From a virus (taxonomy: Duplodnaviria; Caudoviricetes): a DNA stretch of 28,432 nucleotides. The position numbers and the translations under genes are program-made. The notes below the pieces were generated by a model. The model worked only from the letters and a program-made list of their open reading frames with translations, was not told the origin of the DNA and searched no databases. Below are positions 7,907-17,979 of this stretch, one piece after another. Position 1 is the first letter of the stretch; each line of letters starts with the position of its first letter. The stretch spans positions 1 to 28,432 of IMG/VR virus record IMGVR_UViG_3300028777_000010. One strand, written 5' to 3'.

Positions 7907-8845
7907 ATGGCTAAGACATTTGTCCTTCACGATGAGAGCGTAAACTCCTATGGCTTTTGGATGCTTACATCCGGAGTCGTACTTGATCAGTTCAAAAAGA
8001 ACCCGATCATGCTGTTCAACCATAACCGCTCCTATAGGGATACAAAAGATACGATCCTTGCAATCGGTCATTGGGAAAACATACGGATTGAGGGTACGGA
8101 GATACTTGCCGAACCGGTTTTCGATGCGGATGAGTTTTCACAGACCATTGCCGCCAAGGTGGAGTCGGGAACTTACAGGATGGCCTCAGTCGGATTTAGA
8201 CCGATCCTATCGTCCGATGATCCTCAATACATCAAGCCAGGACAGAGGTATGAAACCCATCTTCAATGGAAGATCAAGGAGGCCTCGATCGTCGACATCG
8301 GATCGAACGAAAATGCCCTGGCGTTGTATGACGATCATGACAACCTTGTTGAACTTTCCGAAGGACAGGACTGTCCAGGACTCAAACTGCTTACCTCTAA
8401 CGAAAACAATACAGAAATGAAAGAATTAGCCAAAATTTTGAAACTCGCCGATGGAGCGAACGAACAGGCCTTTATCGACGCGGTGAACCCTGTTATGAGT
8501 GAAAATGTGACGCTGCGCGAAGACCTCGAGAAGGAGCGCGATGCAAAAAAGCTTCTCCAGGACAAGGTTGATGCCATTGAACTGGCCGACCGGGCCGCCA
8601 AAACGGAAAAAGCGACCGCCCTGATCGACGCCGCACTCAAGGATGGCCGTCTGAACGAAACGCCTGAGGCAACCGTGAAAGCCTTTTGGGTTTCATCTTT
8701 CGAGACCAATTACGAGATGGCTGAAAAAGCTCTCGGCGCATTGCCTACCAAGGCAAAGGTGAATCAACCCGTCGTTGACGACACCGCCCTTACTCCCTGG
8801 CAGAAACGCCAAAAGGAGATTGAAGACAAGAACAAGAAAAAATAA
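7907..8845 (+). CDS. prohead protease with C-terminal scaffold region (312 aa from ATG 7907)
   Basis: VNSYGF, F.KNPIML.NH, IG.WEN, MAS.G and EASIVDIGSN..AL motifs; coiled-coil C-terminus. Confidence 0.85.
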   Translation: MAKTFVLHDESVNSYGFWMLTSGVVLDQFKKNPIMLFNHNRSYRDTKDTILAIGHWENIRIEGTEILAEPVFDADEFSQTIAAKVESGTYRMASVGFRPILSSDDPQYIKPGQRYETHLQWKIKEASIVDIGSNENALALYDDHDNLVELSEGQDCPGLKLLTSNENNTEMKELAKILKLADGANEQAFIDAVNPVMSENVTLREDLEKERDAKKLLQDKVDAIELADRAAKTEKATALIDAALKDGRLNETPEATVKAFWVSSFETNYEMAEKALGALPTKAKVNQPVVDDTALTPWQKRQKEIEDKNKKK

Positions 8846-8866
8846 CCCCAAAAATATCAATTGACC

Positions 8867-10108
8867 ATGGCAGTGAATATCAACTCCGCTTATGCAGGCG
8901 AGGTACTTGAGCAATTGCTCGTACGCGCCACAACTGGCAACGAAATCGTAGCCGGTGGCCACATCCACGTACAACCGAATGTGACCAAGAAATTTTCCAT
9001 TCCGCGCCTCAAAGCCGGAAAGATGTTGCAAAAACGCAAGGAACAGCCCGTAGAGTCTGATTCAAAAGGCAATTTCGACATCGATGAGAAGTACCTGGAA
9101 CCGAAAGACGTGATGGCTTTCACGTCCTTCAACCCGCGCGCCTTCGAATCCATCTGGCGTCCTTTCCAGCCCACCGGCAACCTGGTGTTCGCTGAACTGC
9201 CGTCCAACATCCAGAGCCAGCTGCTGGCTGAACTGGCCAAGGTGGTCGACTTCGAACTTGGTGACCATTTCATCAACGGCGTGTACGGAGATGGGGAAGG
9301 CTTTTATTTCAACGGCATCCTGACACGCATCGTGGCTGACGCTGATGTAGTCGTCATCGCTACCCCCGAAGCCCTGATCCAGAGCAACGTGATCGCCAAG
9401 ATGAAGCTGATCCGCAAGGCAATCCCAAAAGCCATCAAGAAAAACCCGAACCTGAAATTCTTCATGTCCGTGGAAGATGCCGAAGGCTACGAGTACGAGC
9501 TGACCGACAAGCCGCAGAAGGGTGCCGACTATACCAACATGAACCCTGAACGTTTCAAGGGCATCCAGATCGTGCCTTTGGCCGACTGGCCCAAGGACGT
9601 CATCGTGGCCGCCGTGACCAATTCCGGCATCGACTCCAACTTCTGGGCTGGCGTATCCCTGGCTGATGATGCCGAGGCCATCCAGATTGACAAGCTGACC
9701 AACGCCGGCGAGAAATACTTCTTCAAGATGCTGATGAAAGCGGACACGAACATCGTGTTCGGTGAGGACATCGTCCTGTACGACGGTCGTGCCGCATCCG
9801 TGGCAGCCGGTTCCACCGACCTTGCTGACCTGGCCTTCGGTGCCGGTGACCTGGTTCCTGAATTCGACACCGAAACGAAAGCCTACACCATGGCCGTGGC
9901 CAATGCTGTGGACACCACTACGGTGACTGCAACCCGCGCCCAGGCCGGACAGGTCATCAAGCTCGGCTCTTCGACCCTTACCACCGGTGTGGCCTCCGCT
10001 GCCAAGAACCTTGCCGTAGGCGAGAACATTCTCAGCATCAAGGTGACGAGCGCCGATGGTCTGGCAACCGAAAGCTACGATGTGCTGATCACCCGCGCAG
10101 CCGAGTAA
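8867..10108 (+). CDS. major capsid protein with C-terminal cadherin-like/Ig beta-sandwich domain
   Basis: Follows the protease; strongly biased codons. The last ~95 aa have the L..L....G.L.P.F......Y...V......V.A...L.VG.N...I.VT..DG....Y...ITR pattern. Confidence 0.82.
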   Translation: MAVNINSAYAGEVLEQLLVRATTGNEIVAGGHIHVQPNVTKKFSIPRLKAGKMLQKRKEQPVESDSKGNFDIDEKYLEPKDVMAFTSFNPRAFESIWRPFQPTGNLVFAELPSNIQSQLLAELAKVVDFELGDHFINGVYGDGEGFYFNGILTRIVADADVVVIATPEALIQSNVIAKMKLIRKAIPKAIKKNPNLKFFMSVEDAEGYEYELTDKPQKGADYTNMNPERFKGIQIVPLADWPKDVIVAAVTNSGIDSNFWAGVSLADDAEAIQIDKLTNAGEKYFFKMLMKADTNIVFGEDIVLYDGRAASVAAGSTDLADLAFGAGDLVPEFDTETKAYTMAVANAVDTTTVTATRAQAGQVIKLGSSTLTTGVASAAKNLAVGENILSIKVTSADGLATESYDVLITRAAE

Positions 10109-10156
10109 CCATCCCTCAAGCGAATCATACCTATTCCATCTCCATCATCTGTGTCG

Positions 10157-10190
10157 AGGGCGCCTGAAAGCGTAAGCCGTAGGGCGCCCT
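10157..10190 (+). other. structured hairpin downstream of the capsid gene (terminator/attenuator or RNA element)
   Basis: AGGGCGCC/GGCGCCCT stem enclosing a GAA/GUA internal loop and a GC-GUAA-GC GNRA cap; weak U tail. Confidence 0.5.
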
Positions 10191-10215
10191 TGTTGCAGGA
10201 AACAACCACCTCATC

Positions 10216-10671
10216 ATGGCTAAGCTCCAGTATTTTGTTATCCACTGCACGGCAACCCCTGAAGGGCGAGCAGTCAGCAGTGCCGACATACGGCGCTGGC
10301 ATACCGCCCCTTCCCCCGTGGGTCATGGTTGGAAGCAGGTAGGCTATACGGACATGATCCATCTGGACGGTCGCATCGAGCGTCTGGTGCGCAACAATGA
10401 TGATGAGAATGTTGATCCGTGGGAGATCACCAATGGAGTGGAGGGAAAGAACCTTGTTTGCCGGCACATAGTTTATGTGGGCGGGATGGACAAATCCGGA
10501 AAGACAGCCCAAGATACTCGTACGAGCGCCCAGCTGGCGGCCATGGAGAAATTTGTAAAGGAGTTCCACAAGAGGTTCCCCCGTGTTAAAATCGTAGGTC
10601 ATAACGCATTCGCCTCAAAGGCCTGTCCGTCCTTCGATGTTGCCGAGTGGCTTCGCTTAATCGGTCTATAA
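10216..10671 (+). CDS. N-acetylmuramoyl-L-alanine amidase endolysin (T7 lysozyme/Amidase_2-like)
   Basis: VIHCTATPEG, GW..VGY, IVGHN and KACPSFDV zinc-amidase motifs. Confidence 0.92.
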   Translation: MAKLQYFVIHCTATPEGRAVSSADIRRWHTAPSPVGHGWKQVGYTDMIHLDGRIERLVRNNDDENVDPWEITNGVEGKNLVCRHIVYVGGMDKSGKTAQDTRTSAQLAAMEKFVKEFHKRFPRVKIVGHNAFASKACPSFDVAEWLRLIGL

Positions 10672-11108
10672 TGGAAACCTCCTACATCGCCCAGGCAATT
10701 CCCTTGTGGTTCCAGGTGCTCAGCCTCATTCTCAATCTGCTGTTTGGCGGTGGCCTTATCCTTACGCTCATCACACTGAGGTCCTTCAAGCTCAAGTCCC
10801 AAGGCGAGGCCAATCAAGCCACGGCTCAAGCCGAGGTGGTCCGCCAGCAGGCCGACAGCGCCGAAATCGACAATGTGGACAAGATGGTCAAGATGTGGCG
10901 CGAGCAGGCCGAAACGTTCGAAAACAAATGGAAGACCAATGAGGAGCAAATGACGTCCCTTGCTGAAACCGTTGGAGAGCTAAAAGGGGAGGTTCGCCGT
11001 CTGGTGAGCATCAATACCAAAATTGTCAAATCACTCGATAAAATCAACGCAGACAACTATGAAAAGATCATTGAACAGATCAAGGCTGATATTCACTCTG
11101 CTTCTTAG
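10671..11108 (+). CDS. membrane protein with one hydrophobic N-terminal segment and coiled coil; holin-like
   Basis: Hydrophobic stretch LWFQVLSLILNLLFGGGLILTLITL; TAATG coupling to the amidase. Confidence 0.55.
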   Translation: METSYIAQAIPLWFQVLSLILNLLFGGGLILTLITLRSFKLKSQGEANQATAQAEVVRQQADSAEIDNVDKMVKMWREQAETFENKWKTNEEQMTSLAETVGELKGEVRRLVSINTKIVKSLDKINADNYEKIIEQIKADIHSAS

Positions 11109-11610
11109 CCTGGTACTTTTTTCGTGCCGGACCGTTAAGGAGACTTCACGCTCAGAGACCAACATTCGTAAGGAAGTTGAAAACAAGGTGGAGGCAACCA
11201 TAAACACTGTCGTGGACTCATCCTCAGTCACCAAAGAGAATACCGAACACAGGACTTTAGACAGTACCACTACCCGAGTTGTGGATGTTTACCTGTCCGC
11301 TCCTGACTCCCTGGGCGCTCAGTATCCGCTGCGCATCACCTTTATCAATACCGAGGAGCTCAAGGCGACGGTTGAGCATGCTCTCAAGGTATTTCAAGCA
11401 AACAACCACAAATCGGAATCCATTAAGGTCAAGGCCGACCAGCGCGATCATCAGACGGCAGCCGTGGACACCAGCAATAAGGAGTCCAAGAAACCACCTG
11501 ACGCATCCTACCTGCTTGTCACCGTCATTGTCATCGGTCTTATGGCAGCGGCATACTTCCTCTTACCCTGGAAAGACATTTTAAAACGCATTTCAAAACT
11601 CTTTAAATAA
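11059..11610 (+). CDS. lipoprotein with C-terminal TM helix; unimolecular spanin-like
   Basis: Lipobox LFSC after a hydrophobic signal; C-terminal TM YLLVTVIVIGLMAAAYFLL with a basic tail; located in the lysis cluster. Confidence 0.65.
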   Translation: MKRSLNRSRLIFTLLLSLVLFSCRTVKETSRSETNIRKEVENKVEATINTVVDSSSVTKENTEHRTLDSTTTRVVDVYLSAPDSLGAQYPLRITFINTEELKATVEHALKVFQANNHKSESIKVKADQRDHQTAAVDTSNKESKKPPDASYLLVTVIVIGLMAAAYFLLPWKDILKRISKLFK

Positions 11611-11618
11611 CAATCAAA

Positions 11619-12128
11619 ATGGCAGAAAACATTCTTTTGAAAGTTCGTATAGCCGGTATCGCATTTGCGGACCCTATCACGACAGCGGCCGGACTGGCCA
11701 CAGCAACCTGGGAGGATCAACCCTTGACCCTCCGTGACGACGAAGTATCCATCGTGGAGGATGATCCCGATGAAAAAGAGGTGTTCTCACACGAGAACGA
11801 CTCGGCGGAAGATTATGACATCACCGGAAAGGGTCTGTCGGCAAAAGGTTCATTCATCAAAATGACCCGCGCCCAAATGGTCGACCTGATCGGAGGAGCC
11901 ACAGTTGGGGTGGATGCGGCCATGAAATTCCATAAGTCGGCTCGCAAGCTCACTCTTAACAAGGCCATCAAATTCACCCTGAAAAGCGGTGATACGATGA
12001 TTGCTCCCAACGCCAAGGGTTTCGTACTCATCAATGCCGGACTTGGCGTGGACGGTGTCCAGAAATACCCCTGGAAGTTCAAGCTTTTGCAAGCTTCCGC
12101 AGAATGGGATTGCGACCTGGTATACTAA
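11619..12128 (+). CDS. putative major tail tube protein (169 aa)
   Basis: Beta-rich protein located directly before the chaperone and tape measure genes. Confidence 0.6.
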   Translation: MAENILLKVRIAGIAFADPITTAAGLATATWEDQPLTLRDDEVSIVEDDPDEKEVFSHENDSAEDYDITGKGLSAKGSFIKMTRAQMVDLIGGATVGVDAAMKFHKSARKLTLNKAIKFTLKSGDTMIAPNAKGFVLINAGLGVDGVQKYPWKFKLLQASAEWDCDLVY

Positions 12129-12131
12129 GCT

Positions 12132-12593
12132 ATGGACGCTAACGCACGTATAGCGGCAGCTGATGCAATACTTGACAGGGGCGTGCGGTTTAAGATTCCA
12201 CACGCCCCTGTGCGTATCCGTCTGTTGGGACTGGATAGGATAACAATCAGATCATTAAGGGCGGGAACCATACTGGAGATATCTCGAGTCATAGACAGCA
12301 ACCAGATCGAGGATGCGATCATGCTCAAGGATCATGCCTTTCTTGCCCGATCGCTGGAGCCGATGGCCGAATGCATCGCCCTTGCGATGATCAACGGAAA
12401 GATTCGAATCAGGCGCTTTACCAAGTTGGTAAAAAAAATGGTTCTCAGCTTGCCCCCTGATGTGATCGTGGAGATATTCCTACACATCGAGAGGCTTAAC
12501 CAGAAAAAGCTTTTTTTGACTATTACCAGATTCTTCTTGTTGCAGACTCAGATGATGACGAGTCCAAGGAAGGTGAATCAGGGGCAGGAGTAA
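12132..12593 (+). CDS. tail assembly chaperone (lambda G-like, 153 aa)
   Basis: Position between tail tube and tape measure; carries a slippery site. Confidence 0.7.
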   Translation: MDANARIAAADAILDRGVRFKIPHAPVRIRLLGLDRITIRSLRAGTILEISRVIDSNQIEDAIMLKDHAFLARSLEPMAECIALAMINGKIRIRRFTKLVKKMVLSLPPDVIVEIFLHIERLNQKKLFLTITRFFLLQTQMMTSPRKVNQGQE

Positions 12594-12820
12594 AAGGGGA
12601 GTTAAAAGGCTATACGGACGGCCTTCATAGCCCTTGGGGAATGATCGGACAGATTAAGGACAAGCGCGGGTACACGCATGATCAGCTTTTGTGGGACACC
12701 TCCTGGCTTAATCTGCTCATGGAGGCGGCCGATCAACCCAGATACATCAAAGGCGCTCCCCGAAAGGTGGTGCCCGTGGCCGAAACGGCTGAAGACATTA
12801 AACAAACACTTGGAAGATAA
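12512..12820 (+). CDS. -1 frameshift extension of the tail chaperone (GT-like; ...GLHSPWGMIGQIKDKRGYTHDQLLWDTSWLNLLMEAADQPRY...)
   Basis: In-frame T-TTT-TTG at 12512-12518; the -1 frame is open from 12500 to TAA 12818-20, ending 5 nt before the tape measure ATG. Confidence 0.75.
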   Translation, partial: FFDYYQILLVADSDDDESKEGESGAGVKGELKGYTDGLHSPWGMIGQIKDKRGYTHDQLLWDTSWLNLLMEAADQPRYIKGAPRKVVPVAETAEDIKQTLGR

Positions 12821-12825
12821 AACCT

Positions 12826-15800
12826 ATGGAACCCGTCGAAATTGAAATTAGGATGAAGCAAAACGTTGCCGAGGAGTCTGAAAAAGCCTCCAAGGGTGTG
12901 AACGGCATCGGTGCGGCTTCTGACAAGGCCACGCGCGAGCTGGAGGCGCAAGTGCAGCGGCAACTCATCACCATCGACAAGATCAACAAGGCGCTTGATC
13001 AACTCGAAAAGCGGGCGTCGGTCAAATCAACGACGGGGGTTGACGCCGCCCAGGTGGATGCAACTATGGCAAGGATCGGAAACCTCCGGCAGATGCTCAC
13101 CGAGGCCAGTGCCGAACTGGTCACCATGCGTGTGGATGCCGAGAAGATCAACGCCGTGGTGGCAACCATGGTTCAACAGTACCGGCTGGTTGAGCAGGCC
13201 ATCAAAAAAACACAGGCGGCAGGAAAGGGCGGTTCTCCTGCCATGGATTCGCTCAAGGAGGAGCAACGTGTGATCGTGGATGCCCTGGGTGATACCGGTT
13301 CTGAAGCTGAGAGTACGTTCGCGAAAATGTCCGGACTGGGATTGGCCACCAAGGATGCGTTTGACCAGGCAAGAAAATCGGTCAAGCAGCAATCAGACGT
13401 TGTCAAGAATCTGAAGACGGACCTTGACAGCATGCAGAAGGCGTATGACGGCATGGATGGCGGAAAGCAGAAGGATGCCCTTTCCAAGGAACTGGAGGCT
13501 ACCCGAAAACAATATTCTGGAGCTGTTGTGGACCTTGATCGGATGAAAGTCAAACAGGACGAACTCCAAATTTCATCGCGACGGCTGACCGAACAGATGG
13601 AAGGCCTACGTGACAAAATGATCAAGCTTCGACTCGAGGGAAAGGAGAACACAAAAGAATACAGAGCTCTTGAGGATTTGTATAAAAGACTGGCCTCCGA
13701 ATCAGCAGCAGTACGTTTTGCCGGTCAGGATAAAAGCGGTGTCCAGGGTCTTGTGCAGGGTGTGACCGGTCTTTCTGGTGCATTGACGGCAGGCGTTGGT
13801 GTTATGGGCCTGTTTAATGGCAAGTCAGAGGAAATGGAAAAGGTACAGGCGCGCCTTCAGTCTATGATAGCCATCACGATTGGACTTCAGGAAGCTTATA
13901 ACCTGGTTGATAAGCAGGGTGCATTTTATGCAATGTATTTTACGAAAGCCAAGAACTTGCTTACCGCTGCAAATTTAAGGTTGGCCGTGTCGTTGGGTGT
14001 GTCAACAGCCGCTGCCGCTGCCCTAATGGCTGTATTGACACTCGGCGTGTCGGCCGCTATCGGTGGTGTAATATATTTGATGAGCAAATACAATAAACAA
14101 GCCAGCGAATCTGCGCAAATCATTCGCGATATAAGCCAAAAAGCGGCCGAAAGTGCTGTAGAACCAATTGTGAAGTTCAAAAGACTTCAGACCGAATATG
14201 CCAAGCTTGGGGATGATTTGAAGGCTAAAGAGAAATTCATTCTGGAGAATGCTGACGCATTTAAAGAGTTGGGAGTTCAAGTAAGTAGTGTTGACGAAGC
14301 CGAAAACATGTTTGTTCGTCACGCAGACACTTTTGTTGATTCCGTCATCAAGAGGGCAAAAGCTGCCGCTATGATGGATGTTGCCGCTGAAATATATAAG
14401 AAGGCACTGGACAAAATGTTGAAGGCACAAAGCATGCCTGATACCGTCGAATTCACATCAGCCCCACAATATGGAGGAACTTCGGTAACAACAGATGTTA
14501 CGAACTCATCCAAGACTAAAGCGGTTAAGGAAGCAGAGACCGGAATGAAAGATGCTCTCAAAAAAGTGAATGGATTGATCACTTCGGCCCTTTATGAAAC
14601 GGATGAAGCAAATAAGTGGCTTGAGTTGGAGTATTTCAAAACGGTCAAGAACATGTCCGTTGGCACGAAGCCCTATTGGGAACAGATGCAAAAAAATTAC
14701 CTGGCTACGATCAATTCAATGACCGACAAGGAAGTCGGCACCAAAAAATGGAAAGACGCCATCAAGAATTATAAGAATGCGACGGCCAAAGTTGCGCTTT
14801 TTGATATAAAGGGGAATGACAGCAAGGCCAAGACGGCCGCCGAGAAACTTCTCAATGCCAATGATTCGCTTACCAAGATGTCCTTGGACTACGACGCCAA
14901 GATTGAGGCAGCGCGTGCAGCGGCCATCAAGAACGGTCGGTCGAATCGTCTGGCTGACGCCAAGTCCGATTTTGAAAAACAAAAGACACAACTGGAAAAA
15001 GACCTGATCGCCATTGGCAAGCTTGAGGAGGTAACCGGTAAGCCGGCTACTGAGCAACGTGACAAGAATAAGGAGCTTGGAACGGCCATCGAACAGCAAT
15101 ATCAGGCCAAAGTTACATCCATCAACGAGGTTGCCGATCGTGCACTGGCGGACATCATGTCCGATGCAAAAAGCAATTTTCAAGGTGAGCTCGACCGTAA
15201 CCTGACGTCCATCGAGAACTATTACGATGATATCATACTCAAGGCGACTGAGGAAGGTGCAACTGAAGAGCAGCTGAACACGCTGCGAAACCAACGATTC
15301 CAGGATCGCGCTCGCGCACGTCGTGACGAAGCCATGAAGAACATTGATTTCGAACTTGATATCGAAAAGCGTCGCATCGAGATGTCCGACAAGACATACC
15401 TGTTCCAGGCCGACCGGCAAAAAGACCTGGTCAAGGCTGAGCGTGACGCCACTGTCAAACGCCTGGCATTGCTCGAGGCGCAATATAAGTCAACTCCGAC
15501 ACCTGAATTGGGACGCGACATTAAGAGTGCCAAGCTGTCGCTCGACGAATTTGATCAGACGCTGAAAGACCTTGATGTCAGCAAGCTGGAGGAGATTGCC
15601 GCTCTGGTTCAGTCGTTGTCCAAACTTGGGTCTTCCCTGTCGAAAACGGGTGGAGCCTTGGGCGAGATAGGTGACATCCTAACTGGCGTCACCTCCAGCG
15701 CTGACGACATCATGACCTCGTTCAAGAAATCGTCCTCGACGATGGATAAGATCAGTGCCGGCATCAGTGGACTTGCTGATCTATATTCCATGGTCGCTGA

Positions 15801-17010
15801 TCAGATCGCGGCCAACAAGGCCGAACAGGACGAGTGGACCGCCGCCATCAAAGAGTCTCAGCAGGCTGCACGTATGGCACGCATTGAGCAGGAAGCCTAT
15901 CAGCAGAGTAACATCTTCGGTGTTGAGAATCCGTATGCAAAAGTCATGGCTTCTGTCAAGCAGTACATGACAGCTATGAAGGAACTGAATGATTACTCGA
16001 AAGACATGGAGTCGGGTAAGGTTCAGACAGGAACGAAAAAAGTAATAAGCGGCGGGAATATTGCGAAGGGTGCCGGTGCCGGTGCTGCCGTTGGTGCTGC
16101 CGTTGGTTCGATCATTCCGGTCGTTGGTACTGCCGTTGTCGGACTTGTCGGTGGTCTTATTGGCGCGGCTATCGGTGCCGCAGTTGGTGCGGCCACGACT
16201 AAGGTTGTTCCCGTTTTCAAGTCCCTGAAGGAAACCTATGGCAAGGTTATCATGGACGACATGTCCCTGAATCCTAAAATACTTCAGGACTATGACAAAT
16301 TAGATGCGACCACCAAGGCCATGGTGGACAACTGGGAGGAGATCAAGACCAAGGCCAAGGAAGCCCAGGAGGAGATGAACGCCGCCCTGACCGAATTGGC
16401 CGGTGATCTTGGTACCAAGTTGTCTGATTCACTGGTGGAAGCATTTCGCAACGGCGATGTTTACGATGCCATCGATGATTTTCACGGCAAGGTGACAGAG
16501 ACCATCGAGGATATCATTGCACAACTCATTTTTGCGGCTGCTTTCGGTGATCTGTTTGATGAACTCGGCAAGCGATTCAAAGATAGCTTCGCCATTGGAG
16601 GTGACGGTTCGATCGTCGATGACCTAATGTGGTTCGACAGTACGTATAAAGGGCGACTTGATGCTTACAATACAGGCATGAAGCAAATGCAAGAACAAGG
16701 CAAGGCATTAGGTTACGACTTTTTCAGTCCTACATCAGAGCGTACCGGCACATCCAAGGGAGTCTCGACCGCTTCGCAGGAATCAATTAGCGAGTTGTCC
16801 GGTGGGGTGCTGGCCATGCGTAGTATGTTGGCCGAGATGCGCAACATGCAGCGGGATGAGCTGGCCATCATGCGGATGATCAATACTGTTCTGGATGCCA
16901 TCGAGGAAAACACTGCTTATTGCCGTCTGCTTGAGACGATGGAAACAAATATGGACAAAATGGCCAATGCTATCGACGATATTGCTGTACGTGGATTAAA
17001 AATGAGATAA
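12826..17010 (+). CDS. tail tape measure protein (1394 aa)
   Basis: Long helical Ala/Lys/Glu-rich protein with hydrophobic Gly/Ala segments; follows the chaperone. Confidence 0.9.
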   Translation: MEPVEIEIRMKQNVAEESEKASKGVNGIGAASDKATRELEAQVQRQLITIDKINKALDQLEKRASVKSTTGVDAAQVDATMARIGNLRQMLTEASAELVTMRVDAEKINAVVATMVQQYRLVEQAIKKTQAAGKGGSPAMDSLKEEQRVIVDALGDTGSEAESTFAKMSGLGLATKDAFDQARKSVKQQSDVVKNLKTDLDSMQKAYDGMDGGKQKDALSKELEATRKQYSGAVVDLDRMKVKQDELQISSRRLTEQMEGLRDKMIKLRLEGKENTKEYRALEDLYKRLASESAAVRFAGQDKSGVQGLVQGVTGLSGALTAGVGVMGLFNGKSEEMEKVQARLQSMIAITIGLQEAYNLVDKQGAFYAMYFTKAKNLLTAANLRLAVSLGVSTAAAAALMAVLTLGVSAAIGGVIYLMSKYNKQASESAQIIRDISQKAAESAVEPIVKFKRLQTEYAKLGDDLKAKEKFILENADAFKELGVQVSSVDEAENMFVRHADTFVDSVIKRAKAAAMMDVAAEIYKKALDKMLKAQSMPDTVEFTSAPQYGGTSVTTDVTNSSKTKAVKEAETGMKDALKKVNGLITSALYETDEANKWLELEYFKTVKNMSVGTKPYWEQMQKNYLATINSMTDKEVGTKKWKDAIKNYKNATAKVALFDIKGNDSKAKTAAEKLLNANDSLTKMSLDYDAKIEAARAAAIKNGRSNRLADAKSDFEKQKTQLEKDLIAIGKLEEVTGKPATEQRDKNKELGTAIEQQYQAKVTSINEVADRALADIMSDAKSNFQGELDRNLTSIENYYDDIILKATEEGATEEQLNTLRNQRFQDRARARRDEAMKNIDFELDIEKRRIEMSDKTYLFQADRQKDLVKAERDATVKRLALLEAQYKSTPTPELGRDIKSAKLSLDEFDQTLKDLDVSKLEEIAALVQSLSKLGSSLSKTGGALGEIGDILTGVTSSADDIMTSFKKSSSTMDKISAGISGLADLYSMVADQIAANKAEQDEWTAAIKESQQAARMARIEQEAYQQSNIFGVENPYAKVMASVKQYMTAMKELNDYSKDMESGKVQTGTKKVISGGNIAKGAGAGAAVGAAVGSIIPVVGTAVVGLVGGLIGAAIGAAVGAATTKVVPVFKSLKETYGKVIMDDMSLNPKILQDYDKLDATTKAMVDNWEEIKTKAKEAQEEMNAALTELAGDLGTKLSDSLVEAFRNGDVYDAIDDFHGKVTETIEDIIAQLIFAAAFGDLFDELGKRFKDSFAIGGDGSIVDDLMWFDSTYKGRLDAYNTGMKQMQEQGKALGYDFFSPTSERTGTSKGVSTASQESISELSGGVLAMRSMLAEMRNMQRDELAIMRMINTVLDAIEENTAYCRLLETMETNMDKMANAIDDIAVRGLKMR

Positions 17011-17011
17011 A

Positions 17012-17962
17012 ATGATGAAAGGAGCTTGCATCATAGATGGAATAGATATTTCGGACTTTGGGATGTTCATCCTAAGGGAAGGGGACAATGATCTGTTGAC
17101 TTTTCCAGAAAGGAAAGAGCCGGCACAGAATGATTGGTTCGAGCTCGAAGGATTGGACGTAGACTTGTCTGAAGTATTTTTCAGTGAAAGGAAGGTTACC
17201 GTCCAGTTTTATCTGAGTGCCCCATCGACAGCGGAATTCATGTACAATCTTGACAGCTTCTATTCGATCATGATGATGCCTGGTTACCGGAATATTTACA
17301 TGAGGGATTTTAACAAGACCTTCACGCTTCGTTATCTCGGATGCCCGGCATACGAACATAGGCACGGCCTTGCCGCTGGCGGGAAGAAAGCCGGATACAT
17401 AACAATGGACTTTATGATGGATGATCCGTTGCAGGTCTTCGGTCTTTCAACGCAACCGGTGTCAGCCCGTCCGAATCAATCGCACGTGACCATCAACGGG
17501 CTGGACCTGTCCCTCTTTGGCATTATCATCCAAAAGGTGTACCACACGGCCCTTAAGGCGCCCATGATCAAGGAAGGGCTTACCAGGAGAATAGAGCGCA
17601 TGACCGGCCAATTGGCCGGCACCGGATTCACGCCGGTCGGAAAGTCGAAGGACATCACATTCGAGTGCACCATGATGGCTGACACGAGGAGTGAGTTCTA
17701 TGACAATTACGATGCGCTCTTTCACCAGGCAACGATAACTGAGCCTGTCGAGCTCGGATTCGTGGAAGGGCGAACGGCGCTGTGCTATTACTCCAAGATG
17801 GATTCTTTTGTAAAGCTCAAGCCACTCTCGGCAGGTGCGAGCGTGACGTTCAACATCACTTTCAAGACCATCGATTCGGGCAGTCTCTTCATTGACGATC
17901 TGCGTGTGACGGAAGATGGACAGGTACGCATTACTGAGGACGGATTCGATCGTAAATTATGA
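17012..17962 (+). CDS. distal tail / baseplate-like protein (316 aa, two similar halves)
   Basis: Directly follows the tape measure; repeated I(D/N)G.D.S.FG..I motif at the start of each half. Confidence 0.6.
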   Translation: MMKGACIIDGIDISDFGMFILREGDNDLLTFPERKEPAQNDWFELEGLDVDLSEVFFSERKVTVQFYLSAPSTAEFMYNLDSFYSIMMMPGYRNIYMRDFNKTFTLRYLGCPAYEHRHGLAAGGKKAGYITMDFMMDDPLQVFGLSTQPVSARPNQSHVTINGLDLSLFGIIIQKVYHTALKAPMIKEGLTRRIERMTGQLAGTGFTPVGKSKDITFECTMMADTRSEFYDNYDALFHQATITEPVELGFVEGRTALCYYSKMDSFVKLKPLSAGASVTFNITFKTIDSGSLFIDDLRVTEDGQVRITEDGFDRKL

Positions 17963-17979
17963 TTTAAACACAATTTAAA

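Noticed and set aside
16065-16200. short GGTGCTGCCGTT-like repeats in the tape measure gene
   Set aside because: They encode an ordinary Gly/Ala/Val hydrophobic segment.
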